Source: Candidatus Latescibacterota bacterium
GTDB taxonomy: Bacteria; Latescibacterota; UBA2968; UBA8231
Assembly: GCA_965204725.1 (NCBI GenBank)
Contig: OZ242005.1
Location: 2,944,001 to 3,008,000, forward strand
Direction: 5' to 3'
DNA: 64,000 bases
The translations under genes and the position numbers were made by a program. The notes beneath the pieces are model-generated. The model had not been told where the DNA came from, ran no database searches, and saw only the letters and a list, made by a program, of their open reading frames with translations. This document shows, in pieces, positions 19,298-29,071 of this stretch (positions within the stretch are counted from its first letter, which is position 1; every line of letters begins with the position of its first letter).

Positions 19298-20211
19298 TGT
19301 CCACTGCCCACATCACCCGCGCCCTCTCCACAATGGACGAGCCTTTTGTGCGCTACAAGATCCGCCTCAACGTCTCGACTCGCCCGCCCAGCGAGCGCGA
19401 GATTCGCATTCTCCGGGCCGAGATCCGCGAGTCGGTTTTGGTCCGAACCCTCTTGGCCGAGTTGGATGCTGCTGGCCGCATTCCCCTCCGGCCGAGCCAC
19501 CGCTGGCGCGGCGTCCATTGGGTGCTCTACATGCTGGCCGACCTAGGCTCCGCGCCCCGCGACGAGAGCCTCTGGGGCCTGCGCGACCAAGTGTGCGAGT
19601 GGCTTTTAGACCCCAATCGCCCCGAGCCGGTCTGCGGCGCGATTGAGGGCAATGCGCTGTATTACTTGCTCTTCCTCGAGATCGACGATGGCCGCGCCGA
19701 CGCCTTGGCCCAGCGCCTCGCGGGCCGCTTGCCCAAGGCATTGGGCCGCAGTCCGGCTGCCTTCGGCCAAGCGCTCACGGCCCTGCGCGGCCTCGCCCTG
19801 CACACCCGCCTCCGTGCCAACCGCGCTTCCGGCGAGGCAGCCGCCCGCCTCGCCGAGCACTTGCTCGCCCACCGCCTCTACCAAAAGCCCGATGGCCGCC
19901 CCTTGAGCGCGGACTGCGCCTCGTTGCACTATCCCTGCTACGAGCACTGCGACTTCCTCTTTGGCCTCAAGGTTATGGTCGAAACCGGCCAGATCGCCGA
20001 TGCGCGTTGCCGCGCTGCGCTCGACCTGCTCAAGTCGAAACAACTCGCCGACGGCGCGTTCCCAGCTGAGCGCAAACACTACCGAGTCGGGCGCGTCGGC
20101 AAGGGCGACGACTCCCTCGTTGATTGGGGGCGGCCCAACCGCCGCCGGCCCAACCTCCACGTCACCTGCGACGCGCTCGGCGTGCTCCACGCTGCGGGCG
20201 AGCGGTTTTGA
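19297..20211 (+). CDS. Hypothetical protein (alpha/alpha-toroid, prenyltransferase-like)
   Basis: 'WRGVHWVL..LADLG', 'LHYP..DFLFGL', 'ALDLLKSKQLADG', 'VTCDALGVL'. Confidence 0.65.
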   Translation: MSTAHITRALSTMDEPFVRYKIRLNVSTRPPSEREIRILRAEIRESVLVRTLLAELDAAGRIPLRPSHRWRGVHWVLYMLADLGSAPRDESLWGLRDQVCEWLLDPNRPEPVCGAIEGNALYYLLFLEIDDGRADALAQRLAGRLPKALGRSPAAFGQALTALRGLALHTRLRANRASGEAAARLAEHLLAHRLYQKPDGRPLSADCASLHYPCYEHCDFLFGLKVMVETGQIADARCRAALDLLKSKQLADGAFPAERKHYRVGRVGKGDDSLVDWGRPNRRRPNLHVTCDALGVLHAAGERF

Positions 20212-20225
20212 ACACCGCCGCAAAG

Positions 20226-21182
20226 ATGCGCGCTCTGCCGTTGTTTTTCGCCCTCGCTCTTGCGGGCTGCTATGCGGCCGCGCTCTCGCCCGACCCCTTG
20301 GGCCACTTTGTTGCGCGCACCGATCACCTCCACCGCCTAGAGCCGCTCGGCGAGCGCATATTGCACGGGGCCGCGCTCAGTCTTGGGCCGCTGGCCCCCG
20401 AAGAGCAGACGCGCCCGCTCGTCTATGCTGTGTACTACGAGCTCCACGACCTGCCCTACGACTGGCATCTGACCTTGCTCTCGCATCTGGACCAGCACGT
20501 CGGCTACGGGCTTCCGCAGATTGACCTCGGTTTTAACGCGGCCGGCCAGCCCTACGAGGCGGCCATTGCCGCGGGCGAGCTCGACGAGGCGATTGAGCGG
20601 CTCTGCTGGGGGTTGCAGCAGCTAGGCCGCCCGGTCCTGTTGAGGTTGGGCTATGCGTTCAACAGCTCTTGGCGCGCCTACGAGGCGACGAGCTACATCG
20701 AGGCTTGGCAGCGGCTGGCGCAAACGCTGCGAGGGCGCTGGGGCTTGGATAATGTCGCGCTGATCTGGACGCATAAGGCCGACGGTCGTCCCGATTACTT
20801 GGCGTACTATCCGGGGGATGAGTACGTCGATTGGTGGTCCATTGACGTGACCGCGCCGCACACCCTGCGCCGCAGCCGCGCTTTTATCGAGGCGGCGCAG
20901 GAGCGCGGCTACCCGGTGCTCGTCGGCGTGGTCACGCCAACGACCGCGGACCTGAGCCGGGCCGAGCAGGCGTGGCCCCATTGGTTCATCCCCTTCCTCC
21001 GCTTTTTGCGCCACCATCCCAACATCAAGGCATTTACTTATATAGATTGGGATTGGTCACAGGCGCAGCGCTTTGTTGATCCCGTGCTCTTTGCCCGCTA
21101 CCGCAGCGAGTTGGCGCACCCGATTTACCAACACTCGGCCTCGCCCGCCGAGTTGCGCTGGCACTTAAACGTCAATCCCTAG
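20226..21182 (+). CDS. Glycoside hydrolase family 26-like secreted protein
   Basis: Signal peptide; 'RPVLLRLGYAFN', 'YYPGDEYVDWWSID'. The usual catalytic Glu positions appear substituted. Confidence 0.7.
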   Translation: MRALPLFFALALAGCYAAALSPDPLGHFVARTDHLHRLEPLGERILHGAALSLGPLAPEEQTRPLVYAVYYELHDLPYDWHLTLLSHLDQHVGYGLPQIDLGFNAAGQPYEAAIAAGELDEAIERLCWGLQQLGRPVLLRLGYAFNSSWRAYEATSYIEAWQRLAQTLRGRWGLDNVALIWTHKADGRPDYLAYYPGDEYVDWWSIDVTAPHTLRRSRAFIEAAQERGYPVLVGVVTPTTADLSRAEQAWPHWFIPFLRFLRHHPNIKAFTYIDWDWSQAQRFVDPVLFARYRSELAHPIYQHSASPAELRWHLNVNP

Positions 21183-21204
21183 CTTTAGAGAAAGGACGCA
21201 TCCG

Positions 21205-22083
21205 ATGGATACAGTCGATGTTCACGTTCACGTCTTTGACCGGCCGAGCGAGCGATTCCCCCGCGAGCTGAGCAGCCTCGCCCCGGCCGACCGCTCCTGC
21301 CCGATAGAGGCCCTCATAGCCGACATGGATGCTTCGGGCATCGACCGCGCCGTGCTGATCGAAATGAACGGCACCCAAATTGAGCAACACGCCTATGTCG
21401 CGCATTGCGTGCGGACGTGGCCCGAGTGCTTTACCGCGACCGGCCTGATCGACGCAAACGATCCAGACCCGCCCGCTCGCCTGCGTGCGCTCGTCGCCGC
21501 GACCGGCATTGAGGGGATCCGGCTGGGGGCGTTGGGCGATCCGGCTGCCCAGCGGGCCGAGGACCTGTCCACGTACGCGCTCTTTGAGTGTGCCGCCGAG
21601 CTGGGGCTCAACATCAACATCTACACCGGTGGGGCTCAGTTTCCCTGCATCGCACTGCTGGCCGCGGCTTTTCCCAGCGTGAACATTTCCCTCGACCATC
21701 TCGGCGTGATGCCAACCACGCCCGGCGGACCAGACCAGTGGGGTCGTCCCCGCTTTGACGCCGAGCCGCTGCCACCGGCCAACTATCCGCAGATGCTGGC
21801 GCTCGCTCGATTTCCCAACGTCTATGTCAAAATCTCCGGGGAGTACGCGTTTTCCAAGCAGCCTTGGCCCTACGCGGACATGCGGCCCATGGTCGAGGAC
21901 GTGTATCGGGCCTACGGCGCAGACCGCATGATGTGGTGTACGGATTCGCCGTGGATTGTGGTCGAGCCGGGATACCAAAAGCTGGTGGATTTACTCGACT
22001 GTCACCTGCCGGATATTTCCGCCGCGGAAAAAGAGATGATCATGGGCGGGACGGCGCTGAAGCTGTGGTTTAAGGAGGGCTAG
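21205..22083 (+). CDS. Amidohydrolase_2 family protein
   Basis: 'DVHVHVF', 'LDHLG', 'NVYVKISG', 'RMMWCTDSPW'. Confidence 0.9.
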   Translation: MDTVDVHVHVFDRPSERFPRELSSLAPADRSCPIEALIADMDASGIDRAVLIEMNGTQIEQHAYVAHCVRTWPECFTATGLIDANDPDPPARLRALVAATGIEGIRLGALGDPAAQRAEDLSTYALFECAAELGLNINIYTGGAQFPCIALLAAAFPSVNISLDHLGVMPTTPGGPDQWGRPRFDAEPLPPANYPQMLALARFPNVYVKISGEYAFSKQPWPYADMRPMVEDVYRAYGADRMMWCTDSPWIVVEPGYQKLVDLLDCHLPDISAAEKEMIMGGTALKLWFKEG

Positions 22084-22103
22084 GGGATGGCTCTGAAGAA
22101 GTC

Positions 22104-22186
22104 TCAACAGGTGGGTTTTCAGACAGCCTCTAAGGATCGAGGGCATCTTGCCCTCGTCGAGGGCGGGACGCCCTCGATCCCGGACG
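22104..22186. repeat. Partial MITE end plus REP-like palindromes
   Basis: gttttcagacagcctct matches the TIR at 33130; 22157-22186 is the reverse complement of 32974-33003. Confidence 0.75.
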
Positions 22187-22363
22187 TAGCACAGTAGGTG
22201 TCGCGTACTTAGATCGTTTAGTATAACTCAAAAAGGTTCTGCTCTGGCAAAAACGACGACAGCGCGGCGCGATTTCTCCGTCGCCGTAACCACCACCTCG
22301 CGCCCCCGGCCCCAAGAGTGTGCGACCGCCCGCGGCCTCGCGACCGCAACCGGCTGCCCCTAC

Positions 22364-23053
22364 GTGCCCCGGGGCCAAGACGCGCTCGCCCAAACCGCTG
22401 GCCGCGCTGGCTGCACCGGCCTACTCGTGGTCGAGCGCACTGATCTTTCTCTGTGGGTTGCCGGGCGGCGTTTCCGCTACCATCCCAACATGGCCAAGCT
22501 GCGCGTGTTGGCCTTGCGACAACGCAAAAGGGATGCCCTAATCGCCGCTATGGAGATCGCCCCGGGAGAAAGCGTCCTCGACTGCACCTGCGGACTGGGG
22601 GCCGACGCCATCGTCGCCTCTTGGGTGGTTCGCCCGGCGGGCCGCGTGCGCGCCCTCGAAGCCTCGCCCCTGTTGGCCCTGCTAGTTGAGCGCGGCATGG
22701 CCTCCTGTGTGCTCGACGACCCGCCCGACCTCGTCCCGGCCATGCGCCGCGTCGAGGTTTGCTGCGCCGACTTTGCCCGCTATCTGCGCGACGAAGCCGA
22801 CAACACTTGGGATGTCGTGTACTTCGATCCCATGTTCACGGAGACCATTGCCGGCTCCGAGGGACTAAATTTGGTCCGCTGCTTGGCCGAGGAGGGCGGC
22901 CCTTCCCCGGCCGACCTAGACCAAGCCCGCCGCGTCGCTCGCCGCCGAGTGGTAATGAAGGATCGCCGGCCCGGCCACGCGCTCACCCACCTTGGTTTTG
23001 CCAAAGTCGAGGAAGGCCGCCGCGTCTGCTACGGCGCACTCCCCGCTTGGTAG
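22364..23053 (+). CDS. Class I SAM-dependent methyltransferase (RsmJ-like); start probably further upstream
   Basis: 'VLDCTCGLGADA', 'DVVYFDPMF', 'RRRVVMK'; frame stays open upstream ('VAVTTTSRP'). Confidence 0.82.
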   Translation: MPRGQDALAQTAGRAGCTGLLVVERTDLSLWVAGRRFRYHPNMAKLRVLALRQRKRDALIAAMEIAPGESVLDCTCGLGADAIVASWVVRPAGRVRALEASPLLALLVERGMASCVLDDPPDLVPAMRRVEVCCADFARYLRDEADNTWDVVYFDPMFTETIAGSEGLNLVRCLAEEGGPSPADLDQARRVARRRVVMKDRRPGHALTHLGFAKVEEGRRVCYGALPAW

Positions 23054-23080
23054 CTGTCCATAAGATGAAAGGAACGGATC

Positions 23081-23845
23081 GTGGAGCTATCCTGTTGTGC
23101 TTGGGCCTTGACCGGCCCGGAAGAAGACGCCCTTACTGCGCTGGCCGCTATCGGCTTCCGCTCCATTGACGTGCAGGCCAAGACCTTTGTCGGCCCCACA
23201 GCGCGAGCGCGCATCGACGACCTCGGCCTGTCGGTCTCCTGCCTCGCGCTGTCTTTTAACATGGAAGACGGTGCGGCTCTCGACGGCACGACAGCCGCTG
23301 CCCGACAAGCCGCCCTCGACCACTGCCGAGAAGCCCTCGACCACGCCGCCGCCCTCGGCGCCCGCACCGCGTACGTAGTCCCGGGAATCGATGCGGCCGC
23401 GCTGCCCCAGTTTGGCGAGGCCCTAAGACACGTGGCAGACTTCGCAGCCGAGCGGGCGATCCGCGTCGGGATTGAACACTTCCCCGGTAAGGCACTGCCG
23501 ACCGCGACCGGGACCTTAGAGTACCTGTCTCACCTGAATCACCCCAACCTCTACTTGCTCCTCGACACCGGGCATCTACAGATCGCTAGGGAAGACCCGG
23601 CCGCGGTCATCGCTGCGGCCGGAGACCGGCTCGGGTACGTGCATCTAGACGACAACGACGGGGAGGCCGACTTGCACTGGCCCCTGCTGGCGGGTGTGCT
23701 GACTGAGGAAGCGCTCGCCGCGACTTTCGCCGCCCTCGCTCTAAGTCCGTACGACGGCCCGGCGAGCATTGAGCTCAGCTCCCAACTTCCCACCCCCAGG
23801 GCCGCCTTGGCCCAAAGCCGCGCTTGCGCCTTGCAATGCGGCTAA
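23081..23845 (+). CDS. Sugar phosphate isomerase/epimerase (xylose isomerase-like TIM barrel)
   Basis: 'GIEH', 'LLDTGH', 'YVHLDDNDG..DLH', 'SIE'. Confidence 0.85.
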   Translation: MELSCCAWALTGPEEDALTALAAIGFRSIDVQAKTFVGPTARARIDDLGLSVSCLALSFNMEDGAALDGTTAAARQAALDHCREALDHAAALGARTAYVVPGIDAAALPQFGEALRHVADFAAERAIRVGIEHFPGKALPTATGTLEYLSHLNHPNLYLLLDTGHLQIAREDPAAVIAAAGDRLGYVHLDDNDGEADLHWPLLAGVLTEEALAATFAALALSPYDGPASIELSSQLPTPRAALAQSRACALQCG

Positions 23846-23868
23846 CCGAGCAAAGTAGAAAGTAGATC

Positions 23869-25596
23869 ATGCCCATCCTGCTTTTAGTTGCCTTGGCCTT
23901 CATCGCCTGCACTGGCGAAGAGGGCGGATACGTTCTCAAAAAGGTGCCGCGCAACCGGACTTTGATCATGGATTGTCCCGAGGCCAATACCTGTGCCGGC
24001 CAGATTAAAGATTACAACTCCTTCAACCCCTTCATCCCGGGCAGCATCTCGCGGATCGGGTTCAACTTCCTGTACGAGCCGCTCTACTTCTTCAATGCCT
24101 ACGAGGAAAATTCCGCGCTAATGCCTTGGATCGCCGAGAGCCACCGCTTCAACGAGGATTACACCGAGCTGGAGGTCAAAATCCGTCCAGGCGTCGAGTG
24201 GAGCGACGGCCAGCCGTGGTCGGCGCACGACTTGGCCTTTACCATCAACATGCTCGTGGAGCACGCCCCCCAGCTCGTGTACTCGACGGATATGGCGACT
24301 TGGGTCAAAGAGGCGGTCGCCCTCGACAGCCTGACGGCGCGCATCACCCTCAAGGAGCCCAATCCGCGCTTCCTCTTCAGCTACTTCGTCCACAGCGGCG
24401 ACCAAGGCGTCCCCATCGTGCCCAAGCATATCTGGGCGGGCAAAGACCCCCTGACTTTTGCCAACTTCGACCTGCAAAAAGGCTGGCCGGTTGTGACCGG
24501 CCCCTATCATATTGCGCGCTCGGAGCCGGCCCAACGGATCTGGGATCGGCGCGAGGGCTGGTGGGCGGAGAAACTCGGCTTTCAGGAACCGCCGCAGGTC
24601 GAGCGGCTGATTTACCTGACCTACATGGAGGAGCACAAGCGCGTCCAAAACCTGATCGCCAACAACATCGACACCTGCTTGGAGCTGCGCCCGGCCAACA
24701 TGGTTTCCCTATTGGAGCGCAATCGCAACATCACGACTTGGACTGGCCGCGAGCCGCCGTATAGCTACATCACTTGGTGGCCCATATCGCTGGGGTTCAA
24801 CGGGCTAGAAGCCCCTTGGTCCGATCCCGCGATGCGCCGCGCGGTCAACTACGCCATTGACCGCGAGCGGCTCGTGACCATCGGCTGGCAAAACTCAGGG
24901 GCATGGACCCTGCTGCCCTTACCCGATCTCCCGCAGATGCAGCGGTATTTTGCCCTCGCCGAGGATTTGGTCGCCGAGCACCAAGTCGGCGTCTTCGACT
25001 TGGCAAAGAGCGCGGAGATACTCGCCGGCAAAGGCTACATGCACAACGGGGTTTTCTGGGAAAAGGACGGGCAACCTCTGCGCATGGTCATCGACATCTT
25101 CTCGCACTTTCAGGACCTGACGCCGGTGCTCATCGCCCAGCTCAAAAAGGCCGGCATCGACGCCTCCTTCCGCATGACCTCAGACTTTTCTACGCGCCTA
25201 CGCCAAGGCACGGCTCGCACCTACCTAATTGGCAATTTCAGCTCCATGCGCGACCCCTATTTTGTCCTGCGCCAGTACCAAAGCCGCTTTGTCCAGCCCA
25301 CGGGCGAACCGGCCGACATGCCTTGGCGTTGGCAAAACCCGGCTTACGACGCGCTGATCGACCAGATGGGCCAAACTCCGGCGGACGCCCCGGCGATGGA
25401 CGAGCTCTACCGCAAGGCCATGGACATCTGGCTTGCCGAATTGCCCTCCATTCCCCTCGTCCAGTGGCCGCACCGCATCCCGCACAACGAGACCTATTGG
25501 ACCAACTGGCCCAGCGCGGAAAACTCCTACATCAACAGCGCGTACTGGAGCCGCACTTGGCTTTTGGTGCTCTTGAACTTGCGGCCGCAGCGGTGA
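23869..25596 (+). CDS. ABC transporter substrate-binding lipoprotein (family 5)
   Basis: Lipobox 'FIAC'; 'LYEPL', 'RPGVEWSDGQP', 'TGPY', 'RRAVNYAIDR'. Confidence 0.9.
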   Translation: MPILLLVALAFIACTGEEGGYVLKKVPRNRTLIMDCPEANTCAGQIKDYNSFNPFIPGSISRIGFNFLYEPLYFFNAYEENSALMPWIAESHRFNEDYTELEVKIRPGVEWSDGQPWSAHDLAFTINMLVEHAPQLVYSTDMATWVKEAVALDSLTARITLKEPNPRFLFSYFVHSGDQGVPIVPKHIWAGKDPLTFANFDLQKGWPVVTGPYHIARSEPAQRIWDRREGWWAEKLGFQEPPQVERLIYLTYMEEHKRVQNLIANNIDTCLELRPANMVSLLERNRNITTWTGREPPYSYITWWPISLGFNGLEAPWSDPAMRRAVNYAIDRERLVTIGWQNSGAWTLLPLPDLPQMQRYFALAEDLVAEHQVGVFDLAKSAEILAGKGYMHNGVFWEKDGQPLRMVIDIFSHFQDLTPVLIAQLKKAGIDASFRMTSDFSTRLRQGTARTYLIGNFSSMRDPYFVLRQYQSRFVQPTGEPADMPWRWQNPAYDALIDQMGQTPADAPAMDELYRKAMDIWLAELPSIPLVQWPHRIPHNETYWTNWPSAENSYINSAYWSRTWLLVLLNLRPQR

Positions 25597-25600
25597 TGGG

Positions 25601-26896
25601 TTACAAGAGCCGTCCCTCTTTTTGCAGAATATCTCCGGCAATCGCGTAGGTCGTTCCGTGCATGGCAATGACGACGAGGCCGATTCCGGCCGCGAGGTAG
25701 CCCCCGAGATACAAGTTGGGTACGTCAATCGACTCGTAGTTGTGGGCGTGGGTCTGTGCTTGATCCACTTGGAATCGGTAGTTGTCGCGCATGGGCGTTA
25801 GGGTCAGCGGCGCAAAGCCCTGCAAGATCGAATAGTCGGCCGTGCCGCCGATTTCCTTGATCACGTGATCGACCTCCACCGCTTGGTCGCCCTCGGACGT
25901 TTTCAGCCCGACTCGGCCATCCTCGGCGATCTGGGTCACCTCGGTGTGATACAAGGTTTTGAGCCGGGATGAGCGGCTTTCGAGGATTTCGGCGATGCGC
26001 TGGTAATAAGGCAACCCGTGGCGGCTGTCGTTGATTAGCTGCCAATGGACCGCTGGCCCTTGGCGCATGGCGTAGTACACCTGCTTGCCAGCGTCGTGCA
26101 ATTCGGTCGCGGCCCAATCGCCCGAGCGCCCGCCGCCAACGACGAGCACCCGCTCGCCGGGGAAGTCTTCGGGCTTGTCGTAGTGCGCGGTGGCAAAAGG
26201 ATAGGTCTCCCCCTCAACACCCAGCGACCGCAATCGACCGCGCTGGCCGGTTGCTAAGACCAAGTACTTACAGGTGTAGCGCTGCTCAACGCCCGTTTGC
26301 ACGTGCCGACTGGTGAGTTGAAAGCCCCTTTCGTGCGGTTCAATCCGCTCGACCTCCTCAAAGGTGCGAATGCGCTCCGCCACCTCAAAGCGCTCGGGCA
26401 CTCGGTGATAGTATTCGATCAAGTCGGTCTTGAGGATTAGGGCATTGACGTCTAAGGCGCGCCCGACTTCTGCGGCGTACTGGGCCAGCGGATAAAAGGC
26501 GAACTCCATCCACTGCCCCGGCGACAAGGTCAGCAGGTTGTGCGGTGCTCGGTTCCACAACCCGCCGACCGGCTCGCGGCTGATGAGCAGGGCGTCCAAC
26601 GGCTCGCCGCGCCGAAAGTCCATGGCGACTTGGTCCAGTTCCTCAAAAAGCTGGCGCGGGTGGTGCAGCGTGCGAAAGAGGTCAACGGGCTTGATGCCGC
26701 TCTGCACGAGCTGGCGCGTATCCAGCCCCAACAGCGAGCGGTCGAACTGCTGCAAGTACCCGGCGAGCGGCGCGTAGCGCACGGCAAACATCCGGCTGTT
26801 GCGGAAGAAAGGATGCCAGCCGCCCAAGACCACGGCGAGGGGTAGGCCCGCTGGCCCCCCGCCGACGATGATGACGGTGTGGTGTTCTGTGCTCAT
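25601..26896 (-). CDS. FAD/NAD(P)-dependent oxidoreductase
   Basis: 'IVGGGPAG', 'VLATG', 'VVGGGRSG'. Confidence 0.85.
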   Translation of the reverse strand: MSTEHHTVIIVGGGPAGLPLAVVLGGWHPFFRNSRMFAVRYAPLAGYLQQFDRSLLGLDTRQLVQSGIKPVDLFRTLHHPRQLFEELDQVAMDFRRGEPLDALLISREPVGGLWNRAPHNLLTLSPGQWMEFAFYPLAQYAAEVGRALDVNALILKTDLIEYYHRVPERFEVAERIRTFEEVERIEPHERGFQLTSRHVQTGVEQRYTCKYLVLATGQRGRLRSLGVEGETYPFATAHYDKPEDFPGERVLVVGGGRSGDWAATELHDAGKQVYYAMRQGPAVHWQLINDSRHGLPYYQRIAEILESRSSRLKTLYHTEVTQIAEDGRVGLKTSEGDQAVEVDHVIKEIGGTADYSILQGFAPLTLTPMRDNYRFQVDQAQTHAHNYESIDVPNLYLGGYLAAGIGLVVIAMHGTTYAIAGDILQKEGRLL

Positions 26897-27093
26897 CTCA
26901 TCTCGGTTGTTTCAGTCGTTTCAATCAAAGGCATTACCAGCTTACCAGCAGCACAACGAGCACGACGAAGGCAACGACAGCGAGGGCGGTACGGATTGAC
27001 GAGCGCGGGGCATGCGGGGTGCTCCCCGAGGCGATGAGCGGATAGAGTGACGCGCACCGAGTCGCGTGTACCAGGTGCGCGTATAGACAAGGA

Positions 27094-27531
27094 TTAGGGC
27101 TGGCTCAGATCGGTAGGCTCGTCGGGAGCAACAGGCGCGGCTTGAGCAACGGGCGCGGCCGGAGCGACCGGCGTAGCTTGCGGCCACTTGTGTACAGCCA
27201 GACCCCCCGCCGCCAGACCAATAGTAACCAGAATACCGATAACCCAACAAAAAATCGTGGATTGCTGACGCATATCATCCTTTATCTCGGCGCGCAAATC
27301 TTTCACCGCCGTATCCAATGCGCCACGCATCTCCTTGACCGCCTCATTCGTCATAAGACGCATCTCAGCAATCACCTGGTCAAACCGAGCCTCCACCTTC
27401 TCAAACCGAGCCTCCACCTTCTCAAACCGGGGTTCTAAGATGGCGCCGATCAATTCGATTTGCTCCTTGCTAAGGGTCGTGGAGCCTTGCCCGCGCTCTT
27501 GCTCTTGACCCTCTGTGCGTTGCTCGCTCAT
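27094..27531 (-). CDS. Hypothetical coiled-coil membrane protein (DUF1640-like)
   Basis: 'FEKVEARFEKVEARFDQV' from a 21-bp tandem repeat at 27380-27429, followed by a TM helix. Confidence 0.7.
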   Translation of the reverse strand: MSEQRTEGQEQERGQGSTTLSKEQIELIGAILEPRFEKVEARFEKVEARFDQVIAEMRLMTNEAVKEMRGALDTAVKDLRAEIKDDMRQQSTIFCWVIGILVTIGLAAGGLAVHKWPQATPVAPAAPVAQAAPVAPDEPTDLSQP

Positions 27532-27596
27532 AGCTCGTCCCCCGATGGGAATAGTGAATATATAATACAAACTCCTCGTAAGAGGTAAAAACTGCC

Positions 27597-27638
27597 AAAA
27601 AAAAGGCCGACACCCGAAACCCATCGAGTGCCGACCTT
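27597..27638 (-). terminator. Intrinsic terminator of the ankyrin gene
   Basis: aaggtcggcactcg...cgggtgtcggcctt followed by a T-run on the minus strand. Confidence 0.75.
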
Positions 27639-27684
27639 GACCTAAACTACCAACGAATAAGACAGACAGACCTACTCGTCATCG

Positions 27685-28926
27685 TCACAGCGAGTCAAAA
27701 TACGCCACCACGTCCGTATGACCCCGACGCGCCGCCAAGGCCCGAGCCGTCTCGCCGCCGTTGTCCGTAGCCGTGACGCTCGCCCCCTGACCCACCAAAT
27801 ACTTGACCACCGCCAAACGACCCCAAAACGCCGCAGTGTGCAGTACCGTCCTGCCCCGTTGATCCCTAGTCGTGAAGCTCACCCCTTGACTCACCAGATA
27901 CTTGACCACCGCCAAACGACCCCCCAGTGCCGCAATGGCCAGAGCCGTAGAGCCGATACTGCTCGTAGCCGTGGTGCTCGCTCCCGCACCCACGAGATAC
28001 TTCACTACCTCCAAATGACCACGGTACGACGCCTTATGCAGAGGCGTCCCGCCGCCGTCGTCCGTAGCATTCACATTCGCTCCCGCACCCACCAAATACT
28101 TGACCACCGCCAGTTGACCACCAAACGCCGCATAGTGCAGAGGCGTATGGTCGCTTGGGTCGGTAGCCTCAAGAGACATACCTGACTGTACGAATAGCTG
28201 GGCAATGTCTAATTCGCCCCTCTGAGCCGCCCTAAGAAAAACAACAACCGTATAGGTGATACCCCTCCGCTCCAATTCAGCCAGCGCTCGTTCGGACGAC
28301 TTCAAATAGTCCGCAATCGCCGTATTACCCACCGTCACCGCCACAGACCAAGCGGTCGTACGCTGGTCATAGCCCACCGCGAGCACATCCGCGCCCGACT
28401 CCACGAGAAAACGAACCACCGACAAGTTGTTCGCTATGCCCGCCGCATTCATCAACACCGTAAAGCCGTCCTCATCACGGGCCTCGAGATTCGCACCCGC
28501 TCCCACTAAGAACTGAACCACCGACAAATGACCACCATACGCCGCCTCATACAACGCCGTCCAACCTAATTCGTCATCCGCCTCCTCAAGAGACATACCC
28601 GCCGCCACAAACAACTTCACGGTCGCCAAATCCCCCGACTGAGCCGCCAAACGAAACGCCGCGCCCGTATAGGCGATACCCTGCGAATCCAACTCCGCCT
28701 TCGCTTGTTCGGGCGTCAACGATTCGTCCGTAGCAACCTTCGCCGCCGACACCGACAAACCCGCACCCGCCACCGCCGATGCGCCATCCAGCGCGACGGG
28801 CTGGGCCGCTGTTGCGCTCTCGATCTCAGCCGACGGTGCGCCCGCAGGCCCCACAGGTTTCGGGTCCTTGCCACAACCGGCCACGATGACCGACAGACAT
28901 ACGAATACTCCGAATAATGCTTTCAA
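27685..28926 (-). CDS. Ankyrin-repeat lipoprotein
   Basis: Lipobox 'VAGC'; many 'TPLHxAA..G.L.VVKYLV..GA' repeats; TTG start after GGAG. Confidence 0.93.
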   Translation of the reverse strand: MKALFGVFVCLSVIVAGCGKDPKPVGPAGAPSAEIESATAAQPVALDGASAVAGAGLSVSAAKVATDESLTPEQAKAELDSQGIAYTGAAFRLAAQSGDLATVKLFVAAGMSLEEADDELGWTALYEAAYGGHLSVVQFLVGAGANLEARDEDGFTVLMNAAGIANNLSVVRFLVESGADVLAVGYDQRTTAWSVAVTVGNTAIADYLKSSERALAELERRGITYTVVVFLRAAQRGELDIAQLFVQSGMSLEATDPSDHTPLHYAAFGGQLAVVKYLVGAGANVNATDDGGGTPLHKASYRGHLEVVKYLVGAGASTTATSSIGSTALAIAALGGRLAVVKYLVSQGVSFTTRDQRGRTVLHTAAFWGRLAVVKYLVGQGASVTATDNGGETARALAARRGHTDVVAYFDSL

Positions 28927-28998
28927 TTAGATGCTCTCCTTGAGAGTATGGTGAAAGGTAAAACGACTACGCGCCTATTGAAAACCAACAGCCCAATA

Positions 28999-29027
28999 CG
29001 GGTCATCCCCGCGGGCGCGGGGAACTG
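28999..29027 (-). CRISPR. Solitary type I-E CRISPR repeat (no array, no cas genes in window)
   Basis: Minus strand CAGTTCCCCGCGCCCGCGGGGATGACCCG versus the canonical I-E repeat GAGTTCCCCGCGCCAGCGGGGATAAACCG. Confidence 0.75.
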
Positions 29028-29042
29028 AGGCGCGCCTTCATT

Positions 29043-29071
29043 AAGCTATGCCCCCCGGCAGATAGCGTCAA
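29043..29071 (-). promoter_or_regulatory. Sigma70-like promoter upstream of the solitary repeat and ankyrin gene
   Basis: TTGACG-17 bp-TAGCTT on the minus strand. Confidence 0.6.

Noticed and set aside
26934-27013. Small hydrophobic peptide ('SIRTALAVVAFVVLVVLLVSW'), possible type I toxin
   Set aside because: The nearest ATG is out of frame and no antisense RNA evidence is visible.
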